Source: a virus (lineage: Duplodnaviria; Caudoviricetes). From it: a DNA stretch of 28,143 nt. Under the pieces are notes generated by a model. It was not told where the DNA came from. It worked only from the letters and a program-made list of their open reading frames with translations, and did no database searches. Below are positions 14,815-22,686 of this stretch, piece after piece; position 1 is the first letter of the stretch; each line of letters starts with the position of its first letter. The stretch spans positions 1 to 28,143 of the IMG/VR virus record IMGVR_UViG_3300014656_000102. The stretch is one strand, 5' to 3'. A program made the translations under genes and the position numbers.

Positions 14815-16089
14815 ATGCCGTTTTTGCGCGGAACAAGACAACGACTTTCGGGGGTGTTAGGCGAAAACGTCACAAATTTTATTGACGATTTCACTGGCCC
14901 TAATACTCAGCCTATTAACGGCCGTCGGATAGACTCGTCTTCGCGACGATGGGTTTCCGAAACCGGCACCATCTCCGGCAATGCTGCGCGGCATACGGAG
15001 ACGTTGGGGGCGGAGAAGATTACTAATCCCACTTGGGATGTGAATACAACAGGTTGGACTGAAAACGGTGGGTCATTATTAGCTTCAATAGCTGGTGGGC
15101 AGTCAAATAATTGTTTAGAAGTCACCACGGGTCTTGATGTAAATTCTGGAGGATATACAGAAATAACTACTATTGTCGGTACGGTTTATAAACTCTCAGT
15201 ATATGCTAAATCTGGAACGTCGGGGGCACAACTTTTTCAGTCTATAGTTTATGAATCTCCTTGGACTAATTTTCGTTTGGTAATAGAAGAGACTACAACA
15301 GGTAGTTGGGTACAACATACAGCTTATTTTAAAGCAACGGTTACAAATACTCGAATTGTCGTATGGCAAGCAAATTTTGGCGCCGGTACAATACTTTTTG
15401 ATGAAATCTCAGTTAAACCCATTACTCTCTCCTCCATCCTCACCCTCTCCAATCTCGGCTTCAGTCAAGGCCGCTACTGGTTCACTCCGGCAGCCGCAGC
15501 GGGGGAACTCAGCGGAATTGTAATCCTTGCAAACGACAGTGTAGCTTCCACAGACGGCCTATTTTGCTATGTTGACAGGACAGCGGCAAAACTCCAAGTC
15601 TTCAAGCGGGTTGCCGGAACCGATACTTCGCTTATCAGCACAGCGATAACGTATTCAGCAGGGGCTAAGGCAGCCCTTGTTTATGATGCCTCAGAGGGCA
15701 AGATCTGGGCCTTTTACAATAACGCCATAGTCGGCACAACTCAGGCCTTGACTGATGCCAGCGTGATTACCAACACCTGGCACGGGATTATGTCAACCGG
15801 GGCCGCTACGGTGGACGATGTTGACTTTGGGCCGCTGGGGTATGGGGCTTGGCTTACCACCTCGGGTGACGATATAACAAAAGCGACGCCAGGAGTCGTG
15901 ACGATAACCGCTCACGGGCTATTAAACGGTGCTGTCGTTTATTTTGACGGGCTGACACAGATGACCGAGATGAATAAACAATACGATATTGTGGCAGGCA
16001 AGACCGATAATAACTTTCAGATCCGAAGCACAGCGGCTTTCGGAGCGGCAGAAACAACTGGTGGCGCTGTTGTCAGGGCTATTCAATAG
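14815..16089 (+). CDS. multidomain fibre/adhesin-like protein: carbohydrate-binding-like module plus C-terminal FCCH-like beta module
   Basis: EKITNPTWD...GW...YKLSVYAKSG...WVQHTAYFKAT...ILFDEISVK is a CBM4/9-like galactose-binding pattern. ITKATPGVVTITAHGLLNGAVVYFDGLTQMTEMN is an FCCH-like module. Confidence 0.65.
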   Translation: MPFLRGTRQRLSGVLGENVTNFIDDFTGPNTQPINGRRIDSSSRRWVSETGTISGNAARHTETLGAEKITNPTWDVNTTGWTENGGSLLASIAGGQSNNCLEVTTGLDVNSGGYTEITTIVGTVYKLSVYAKSGTSGAQLFQSIVYESPWTNFRLVIEETTTGSWVQHTAYFKATVTNTRIVVWQANFGAGTILFDEISVKPITLSSILTLSNLGFSQGRYWFTPAAAAGELSGIVILANDSVASTDGLFCYVDRTAAKLQVFKRVAGTDTSLISTAITYSAGAKAALVYDASEGKIWAFYNNAIVGTTQALTDASVITNTWHGIMSTGAATVDDVDFGPLGYGAWLTTSGDDITKATPGVVTITAHGLLNGAVVYFDGLTQMTEMNKQYDIVAGKTDNNFQIRSTAAFGAAETTGGAVVRAIQ

Positions 16090-16097
16090 GAGAACCA

Positions 16098-16466
16098 ATG
16101 GCAAAAGAAATAATACTCGCAGACATCGACTGGAGCGGCGGCAAGCAACTCCCTGACGGCACTTGGACCGGGGCAAGGCCGATCCTGCCGTCAAACGAAG
16201 ATGAGGACGTTGACGATCTGCTCAAAGACGGTGGCTTTGAAGGTTGGTACTCAGGCAACGAACCTGGAATGATAACACTGGAAATGGCCGAGAAAGACAA
16301 GCTGCTCCAGGCGCATGTGCATATCTGGTGCTCGGACGATAACCTGGTGAAGATTTCCAAGATCAAAAAGGAAGACGGATCGCCAAAGTTTAAAATAAAA
16401 ACCTTAACATCTGAAAAAGCAAAAGCCAAAAAACCGGAGCTTGATCCGGAAAACAGCGGAGATTAA
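16098..16466 (+). CDS. hypothetical protein (122 aa)
   Basis: AGGAG RBS; tightly packed in the operon. Confidence 0.6.
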   Translation: MAKEIILADIDWSGGKQLPDGTWTGARPILPSNEDEDVDDLLKDGGFEGWYSGNEPGMITLEMAEKDKLLQAHVHIWCSDDNLVKISKIKKEDGSPKFKIKTLTSEKAKAKKPELDPENSGD

Positions 16467-16468
16467 AA

Positions 16469-17662
16469 ATGGGTGATTTGGTTATTGTAACAGCGCCGGC
16501 ATTCGAGCCGATCACTTTAGAGGAATTAAAGTTACACCTCCGCGTTGACTCTGGTTCGTTTGCCGACAATATCGACCAGACGCAAAGCAACGTATCCGAT
16601 CAATACGCCATAACCGTTGCATACGATCACCTGGGGGCCGGTGTGGACGTTTTAGGATATACCCCTGTTGTGACATTGGCAGCAGGATATAACGCGGCAG
16701 GCGCGACACTGGACGCTAAGATTCAGGAAGCCGACACGAATACCGAAACGCTCACAATAGATGTGGCTCCTGCATCCGATTGGGAAGCCGACGACATTAT
16801 CACCGGGCAGACCAGCGGGAAAACTTGCGTCTGCGTGGCGAAACTCACGGCATTGACCTACACTGTAAAAGACCGCTCCGGGATATATACGCTTAATGAG
16901 ATCATCGGCGTAACAGGAACGGCTGCCAAGCTGGCCGACCAGGGAGCAGCGCACCCTACGTTTGCCGGATCTGATTTCACCGACTGGACCGGTGGCGGAT
17001 TTACGCAAATCACCGACGCGACGGACCCGTCAACGCAGGAAATCGCTTATACCGGAACGAAACAATATATCCGGACGGTTGCGAAAGTGCTTGTTGATGT
17101 ATGCACTTTTGGGACGCAGGTCGTTCGGTTGACCGCGACGACGATCGAGGACGATCTGCTGAACGATATCATCACGGCAGCAAGGGAGCATGTTGAGGAC
17201 ATAACGCGCCGGGCGATCATAACGCAGACCTGGGACTTTTTTCTTGACGAGTTTCCGGCTGCGGACCGATTCAAGTTACCTTTCGGAAATCTTCAAACAA
17301 CGAGCCTTGCCGTTACCTATTATTCGGTATCGAGTACGGGAACCAAAACGACAAACACAATGACATTGACGACCGATTATTTAATCGAGACAAACGGCAG
17401 TGCCTGCGGAAAAATCGTTTTGCCTTATGGCGAAACATGGCCGAGCTTTACCAAATGGCCTACGCAGCCGATTCAGGTGCGTTTCTTTTGCGGATGGACG
17501 ACTCGGGCGCTGGTGCCGGATCGGATCAAGTCGGCAATGAAATTGATTTGTGCAGATATGTATTGGAACCGTGAGGACCAGATCGTAAGCGGGCAGCCTT
17601 ATCAGACGAACAAAACGGCGCAGCGATTGCTCGCGAGCCTTCGGCTTTGGGATGATTTTTAA
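16469..17662 (+). CDS. head-tail connector (HK97 gp6/SPP1 gp15-like) with a large internal insertion
   Basis: EPITLEELKLHLRVD ... EDDLLNDIITAAREHVEDITRRAIITQTW ... VPDRIKSAMKLICADMYWNRE. Confidence 0.88.
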   Translation: MGDLVIVTAPAFEPITLEELKLHLRVDSGSFADNIDQTQSNVSDQYAITVAYDHLGAGVDVLGYTPVVTLAAGYNAAGATLDAKIQEADTNTETLTIDVAPASDWEADDIITGQTSGKTCVCVAKLTALTYTVKDRSGIYTLNEIIGVTGTAAKLADQGAAHPTFAGSDFTDWTGGGFTQITDATDPSTQEIAYTGTKQYIRTVAKVLVDVCTFGTQVVRLTATTIEDDLLNDIITAAREHVEDITRRAIITQTWDFFLDEFPAADRFKLPFGNLQTTSLAVTYYSVSSTGTKTTNTMTLTTDYLIETNGSACGKIVLPYGETWPSFTKWPTQPIQVRFFCGWTTRALVPDRIKSAMKLICADMYWNREDQIVSGQPYQTNKTAQRLLASLRLWDDF

Positions 17663-17979
17663 TGCAATCCGGGCAGTTGAATAAACGAATCACTTGGCAG
17701 GCCTCTACAAAAATTTCAGATGGAATGGGCGGTTTTGATGTTTCATATACTGATGTTTGCACAACTTGGAGCGCAATATGGCCTATTTCAGCCAATGAGC
17801 AGATACAATCGATGCAAACAGATATGATAATTACCCATAGAATAAGAATCGTTTACCGGAGCACTTTTAGTCCAAGTTGGCGCGGGAATTTCGGGAATCG
17901 GTATTTTAACATTGTTTCGATTTTGAACCCGAATGAGAAAAACGAAGTGCTTGACATAATGGCGAAGGAATCGACGTAA
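17662..17979 (+). CDS. head closure / head-tail adaptor (SPP1 gp16-like)
   Basis: GQLNKRITWQ...DGMGG...WSAIWP...THRIRI...RYFNIVSI. Confidence 0.9.
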   Translation: MQSGQLNKRITWQASTKISDGMGGFDVSYTDVCTTWSAIWPISANEQIQSMQTDMIITHRIRIVYRSTFSPSWRGNFGNRYFNIVSILNPNEKNEVLDIMAKEST

Positions 17980-18396
17980 TTGCTTAACCTTACGACAGCT
18001 ATATATGGCAAACTTTCTGGAAGCGCATTAGCCGGTCACATTGCAAATCGTTTGTTTAAGGGCCGTGCTCCTGAGGGTACCGATTATCCATATGCCGTTT
18101 TTTTTGTCGTTTCGGATTCGCCGATCAAGACTTTTACGGAAAATTTTGAGGATGTACTTATTCAGTTTTCTTTATTTTCGGCCACTTCCGGGACAACCGA
18201 AGTTGAAAATATGTTTACGGATCTTAAAACGCTTTACGACGAATGCGCGATGACGATAATAAATACAACATGGTTCCATTGGATGAGGCGGCAAAACGCG
18301 ACGCTGATAGCCGACGACGTGACAACACCGGCGGGAACGATTCAGGTTTGGCATTATATTGTGGATTATGAACTTATGATTTTGGGGACCACATGA
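17980..18396 (+). CDS. tail completion/terminator protein (DUF3168/SPP1 gp17-like)
   Basis: AIYGKL...RLF..RAPEGTDYPYAVF...IQFSLF; position after the head closure gene. TTG start abuts the previous stop. Confidence 0.75.
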   Translation: MLNLTTAIYGKLSGSALAGHIANRLFKGRAPEGTDYPYAVFFVVSDSPIKTFTENFEDVLIQFSLFSATSGTTEVENMFTDLKTLYDECAMTIINTTWFHWMRRQNATLIADDVTTPAGTIQVWHYIVDYELMILGTT

Positions 18397-19682
18397 TATC
18401 GATCATTATTCCAGTTTTGAACCAGGCGGACATGGCTCACGATTGTATTAACGCCGTCCGCGAAAATACGGGCGGGTTTGATTATGAATTTATCATCATA
18501 GACAACGGATCAGATCCGCCTTTTAAGCCACCGTTTAGCGGAATGAACGAAACGGTCTTGATCCGCAACGAAGAAAACAAGGGCTTTCCGATAGCAGTTA
18601 ATCAGGGGATCCGGGCGGCGAAGGGCGACATTATTATTCTTTTAAATGATGATGTTATCGTCACAGCGGGCTGGGCCGAAAGGCTTGTCGGATGGCTGGA
18701 TCATTACTCGATTGTTGGACCGTTGACGAATTATTGCGCGGGTCTGCAAAATATTACGCTTGGTGCCTACGAGAACCAGCCGGAACTCGAACAGGAAGCG
18801 GCGGCATTAGCCGAGGAACACGAAGGCCACGCAAACGCAGTGCAATTCGTGGTTGGCTTTTTAATGGTTTTCAAAAAATCTCTTTATGATGAGATCGGGG
18901 AGTTTGATGAATCATTGTGGCCGTGTAGTGGTGAGGAAATAGACTTCTGTCTACGGGCCAGGGAAGCCGGGCATAATGTCGGAGTTGCCCATGATGTATA
19001 TGTGCATCATTATGGGAGTCAGACTTTCAGCGATATGGACAATGCGGGCACGCTGAAATACGGGGAAATTTGCGAGCGGAATGAAAAGCACTTGGCCGAC
19101 AAGTGGGGCGACAAGAGTGCATGGGATAGCCAACTAGCCAACGAGCCGTCGGGGTGTAATTATAGGGGTACGATCCAGGGCGATAATGACGCGCTACGGC
19201 TCAACTTGGGTTGCGGTAATTTCCCGATGAAGGGATTTATCAATATCGACCAGTTCGAAAACGTGAATCCGGATATCGTGTCGGATGTGACGAATTTGCC
19301 TTATGGTCCCGGGACGGTTGACGAAATCTACGCCGGGCACTTGCTTGAGCATTTCGATTGGGAGGGCGGCCAGGTCGCTTTGCGGCACTGGTGGACATTG
19401 TTAAAAAGCGGCGGAGAAATCCGCATCACGGTGCCGGATTTTGACGTGCTGGCAAAAAAGCATCTTGAAAATCCGACTGTTGCCAGCATGCGCGAAATGA
19501 ATGATTTATATATGTTCAGCTACGTGCAGAAATCGCCGCACTTGTATTTTTATAGCGGGGCGCTTTTAAAATCAGCTATGGCCGAGGCTGGGTTTGTCGG
19601 TCTTGAGAAATTGCCGGTAAATCACCCCTATTTTGTTGATGATGTAGATTGGCAGTGCGGATACCTGGGGGTAAAACCATAA
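18393..19682 (+). CDS. GT2 glycosyltransferase fused to a C-terminal class I SAM methyltransferase
   Basis: ISIIIPVLN, IIIDNGS, NKGFPIAVNQG, LLNDD, EEIDFCLRA, VHHYGS (GT-A fold); then LNLGCG, INID, AGHLLEH, LKSGG.I.I.VPD (methyltransferase). Confidence 0.92.
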   Translation: MISIIIPVLNQADMAHDCINAVRENTGGFDYEFIIIDNGSDPPFKPPFSGMNETVLIRNEENKGFPIAVNQGIRAAKGDIIILLNDDVIVTAGWAERLVGWLDHYSIVGPLTNYCAGLQNITLGAYENQPELEQEAAALAEEHEGHANAVQFVVGFLMVFKKSLYDEIGEFDESLWPCSGEEIDFCLRAREAGHNVGVAHDVYVHHYGSQTFSDMDNAGTLKYGEICERNEKHLADKWGDKSAWDSQLANEPSGCNYRGTIQGDNDALRLNLGCGNFPMKGFINIDQFENVNPDIVSDVTNLPYGPGTVDEIYAGHLLEHFDWEGGQVALRHWWTLLKSGGEIRITVPDFDVLAKKHLENPTVASMREMNDLYMFSYVQKSPHLYFYSGALLKSAMAEAGFVGLEKLPVNHPYFVDDVDWQCGYLGVKP

Positions 19683-20854
19683 TGGATCAGACCTCAATGG
19701 ATATAATGAAGGAGGCCGTCGAAAAATACGGGATGAATACCGGGACCGTTATAGATATTGGCAGCTATGATGTCAACGGGACATATCGAGAGCTTTTTAC
19801 AGAAGGGAAATATATTGGAGTAGATATCCAGTCCGGGCCGAATGTTGATATGTTCATTGAGTCTAACGAATGGGATAAACTCAAAAATGTGGATGCCGTT
19901 ATTTCGGGGCAAACCCTTGAACATGTTACCGATATTCCGCGATTAATGAATTCCATTTATGATGTTCTAAAACCCCAGGGATTGCTTTGCATTATCGTAC
20001 CCTCGGCAGGACCGCCTCACGATTATCCGACGTGGGTGGGTAATTTTTCAGAAGAAAGGTTATCGAAGATAATCACTGAATCCGGGTTTGAGATTTTAGA
20101 AACCACCATGAGCGATGTTGAACCATGGCATCTTTTATGTTGTGTGGCTAAAAAGTCAAAAAGAACTCAAATAAATAAAATAATGCGATTAAGCAATTTC
20201 CATTTAGCGGTAGCGATCCCGCTTACTTTTCCAATGGTGCCGTCGAGCTTTTTTTACAGCTTTGCTCACATGGACAAAACGCCGACATACACATTGATAC
20301 ATGCTGATAACGGGCCGATCGATACTTTACGGAATGACCTTGCGGAAATGGCAATGGGCGTTGGTGCGACACATATTATATTTATGGACACGGATATGAA
20401 CTATCATCCGCAGACGATCCCGAGGCTTTTATTCCATAGATTGCCTATTGTCGGGGCGCTTTGTTATCGGAGATATCCGCCGTTCGATCCTATCCTATTG
20501 CGAGGTACGCCTGGCGATTATGAGAGTATTGACGAATGGAAACCGGGCGAGCTTGTAGAGGTTGACGCGACCGGGTGCGGATGTCTACTTTTTGAAATGA
20601 GCGTATTTCGAAAAATGCCTCGGCCATGGTTCAAATTCCGATACTTAAAATCCGGCGAGGGGTTGGGCGAAGATATAGGATTTTGTTCCGACCTAAAAAA
20701 CAACGGATATAAAATATTTGTTGATACAACTGTGCCGAGCGGGCACCTGACAACTTTAAATGTCACGGATTCGACATATCGATTATATAAGGCGATGAAA
20801 ACAGAGGAATATAAAAAGAATTTGGAAAGGGCGCTCGATGGGGGCGGGTCTTAA
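19682..20854 (+). CDS. class I SAM methyltransferase fused to a C-terminal GT-A glycosyltransferase-like domain
   Basis: VIDIGSYDVNG, YIGVD..GPNVD, GQTLEH, LKPQG, HDYP; then RNDLA...THIIFMDTD, EVDATGCGCLL, PWF, GEDIGFC, GH. TAATG overlap favours ATG 19682. Confidence 0.88.
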   Translation: MDQTSMDIMKEAVEKYGMNTGTVIDIGSYDVNGTYRELFTEGKYIGVDIQSGPNVDMFIESNEWDKLKNVDAVISGQTLEHVTDIPRLMNSIYDVLKPQGLLCIIVPSAGPPHDYPTWVGNFSEERLSKIITESGFEILETTMSDVEPWHLLCCVAKKSKRTQINKIMRLSNFHLAVAIPLTFPMVPSSFFYSFAHMDKTPTYTLIHADNGPIDTLRNDLAEMAMGVGATHIIFMDTDMNYHPQTIPRLLFHRLPIVGALCYRRYPPFDPILLRGTPGDYESIDEWKPGELVEVDATGCGCLLFEMSVFRKMPRPWFKFRYLKSGEGLGEDIGFCSDLKNNGYKIFVDTTVPSGHLTTLNVTDSTYRLYKAMKTEEYKKNLERALDGGGS

Positions 20855-20913
20855 AATAGTAGTTTAGGATCAGGATTTTATATCCTGAAAAAACACAACA
20901 GGAGGAAAATAAA

Positions 20914-21360
20914 ATGCCAGCAACAGTATTAAACGGACGGTTTCAAAAAGTGACTTACGGAACCACCAAGGTTTTGGGAGCGGGGCGGTTTTCCATTTCT
21001 GGAATGACCCGGAAAACAATCGAATCATCCGAGTTCGGCGACGATATCGATACCTTTGAATTCGGAACGGCGGACGGCGGAACGATCAGTATTACCGACG
21101 TTCTGTATGATCCGACTGACACGACGGGGCAGGCCATGCTTGATGCATTGATTACGACTCCGCTCAAAAGCCTTGGAGGGATCGCGGCCTCGTCAAGCGG
21201 GTTGCGGTTTTATATCAACTCGACTTCAAGTTGGCGTGTAGGCACATCCGGGCATATCCTTTTGACTGGCGCAAAGCGGTTGGAGGCAGATCGCAACGGG
21301 CTTGCCAAATGTTCCTTCGATGGCCAGATTTCCGGCGCGGCAATGGCGGTTTATAACTAA
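20914..21360 (+). CDS. major tail (tube) protein
   Basis: Strong AGGAGG RBS, 148 aa, IESSEFGDD...DGGTISI...YDPTDTTGQ...FDGQISG; located before the chaperone and tape measure genes. Confidence 0.8.
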   Translation: MPATVLNGRFQKVTYGTTKVLGAGRFSISGMTRKTIESSEFGDDIDTFEFGTADGGTISITDVLYDPTDTTGQAMLDALITTPLKSLGGIAASSSGLRFYINSTSSWRVGTSGHILLTGAKRLEADRNGLAKCSFDGQISGAAMAVYN

Positions 21361-21383
21361 CGACCTTTAAGAAAGGGTTTTTT

Positions 21384-21866
21384 ATGACTGTATTTGATTT
21401 TGAGAAGGGGGAGCAGGGGGACTGGTTCAGCTTTTTCAGTTCGCACATTGACCAGGAAACAGCAAAAATCGTTTATGATACGCCGGAGGAAGGGGCGGCA
21501 GAATTCCGGGTCCGGTCGATGATACCGTATTGGGAGGAGAAGCGAAAGGGGCGCAAGCTGGAAAGCAAAATGGTCCTTAACCCGACAACTCGGGCGATGG
21601 AGCGAGTGACGTGGGACGCGGACCTGACGTCTGAGCAAAACGCACAGGAGAGCGCGGAGGCCTGGGATTACGCGATCACCGGGTTTAAAAATGCTTTTAG
21701 CGCACCAGGAAAGCCGATTGAATGCACGCTTGATAATAAATTACGGTTCACTAAAATGCCGGTGTTTGTTCGTTTTATTGGGCGGGTGTTTCAGATTATC
21801 GCTGATGCCGGGGTTGGACAACAAAAAGCCGCAGAAAAAAACTCACAGACGCCGCAGGATGGGTAA
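21384..21866 (+). CDS. tail assembly chaperone (gpG-like)
   Basis: Follows the tube gene; WDYAITGF...PIECTLDNK; ends near the slippery EKN codons. Confidence 0.8.
   Translation: MTVFDFEKGEQGDWFSFFSSHIDQETAKIVYDTPEEGAAEFRVRSMIPYWEEKRKGRKLESKMVLNPTTRAMERVTWDADLTSEQNAQESAEAWDYAITGFKNAFSAPGKPIECTLDNKLRFTKMPVFVRFIGRVFQIIADAGVGQQKAAEKNSQTPQDG
21836..21842 (+). other. programmed -1 ribosomal frameshift heptamer A AAA AAC
   Basis: An X XXY YYZ heptamer in the chaperone frame; the -1 frame is open from 21839 to 22168. Confidence 0.85.
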
Positions 21867-22168
21867 TCGATTTTTCCGGCACTTGCGGCGGGTGCAGAAC
21901 GATGTATGTAGAGCGGACGCCACCGGCGGAGCCACCCTGCGGTGATTGCCGGGTTGATCCGTTCCCGGAAAACAGGGACGCGCTTAAGATTTTTTTTATT
22001 ACCAGATATCAGTTTATCATGGGCATGAACGGGCCGATTGATATGAATCATTTAGCGATCGATTCGGCTATAGAGCGCGAGGGGATCAGGGACCGGCGCG
22101 GGTGTTTCGGAAAGTTGTTAATCCTCGGGCGGTGGTGGATTGAGCGGGTAAACGAAAAAACAGAGTAG
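21839..22168 (+). CDS. tail assembly chaperone frameshift extension (gpT-like)
   Basis: The -1 frame reads KLTDAAGWVIDFSGTCGGCRT and runs into ORF 21902-22168 without a stop. Confidence 0.8.
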   Translation, partial: KLTDAAGWVIDFSGTCGGCRTMYVERTPPAEPPCGDCRVDPFPENRDALKIFFITRYQFIMGMNGPIDMNHLAIDSAIEREGIRDRRGCFGKLLILGRWWIERVNEKTE

Positions 22169-22175
22169 GTCGAAA

Positions 22176-22595
22176 ATGGCTAAAATCGATATTGATCTAT
22201 CCCAATATGACACTATTTTTTTCGCGGAGGCAATGGACCGGGTGGAGGCGGCGGCGATAGTTATCCGAGATGAAGCGAAGCGGATATTGAAAGGCAAGCT
22301 CAAGGGCAACTGGCAGGAACATCCGCCATATAAGGGTGGAAGTGTTTGGACGGAACGCGAGAAAGGCGCGATGGTTGAAACGATCCGGGCGGTTCGAAGT
22401 CGAAACGAGAAAATCAAAAACGTGTACGTTATCGCGGGCAACTACAAAACATGGTGGGCCGTTCAGTTAGAGTATGGCAGAGGCCAATGGCGCGGCGGTG
22501 CAAAGCCGTTTATGCGTCCAGCGATGAAGGCCACGGAAACCAAGGTGCACGCGATCCTTGAGGGCGGTGCGGCTTACGGGCGGGAGATTATCTGA
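22176..22595 (+). CDS. HK97 gp10-like tail/neck component
   Basis: GAMVETIR...WWAVQLEYG...AKPFMRPAM pattern. Confidence 0.75.
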   Translation: MAKIDIDLSQYDTIFFAEAMDRVEAAAIVIRDEAKRILKGKLKGNWQEHPPYKGGSVWTEREKGAMVETIRAVRSRNEKIKNVYVIAGNYKTWWAVQLEYGRGQWRGGAKPFMRPAMKATETKVHAILEGGAAYGREII

Positions 22596-22686
22596 TGGCT
22601 TGCAGTGTTAAAAAGTTGAAACATAAACTTGAGGCTTTTTGTTTCGATAAAACATCGACCGCCTTAGAAGAAAGGAGGTTGTCGTA

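Noticed and set aside
15880-16089. Ubiquitin-activating (E1) system suggested by the FCCH-like motif
   Set aside because: Only the small beta module is present, as in many phage structural proteins. There is no adenylation domain, E2 or ubiquitin-like gene.
20870-20893. Hairpin TCAGGAT/ATCCTGA as an intrinsic terminator
   Set aside because: The stem is weak and followed by an A-run rather than a U-tract on the coding strand, and the geometry is also wrong for the minus strand.
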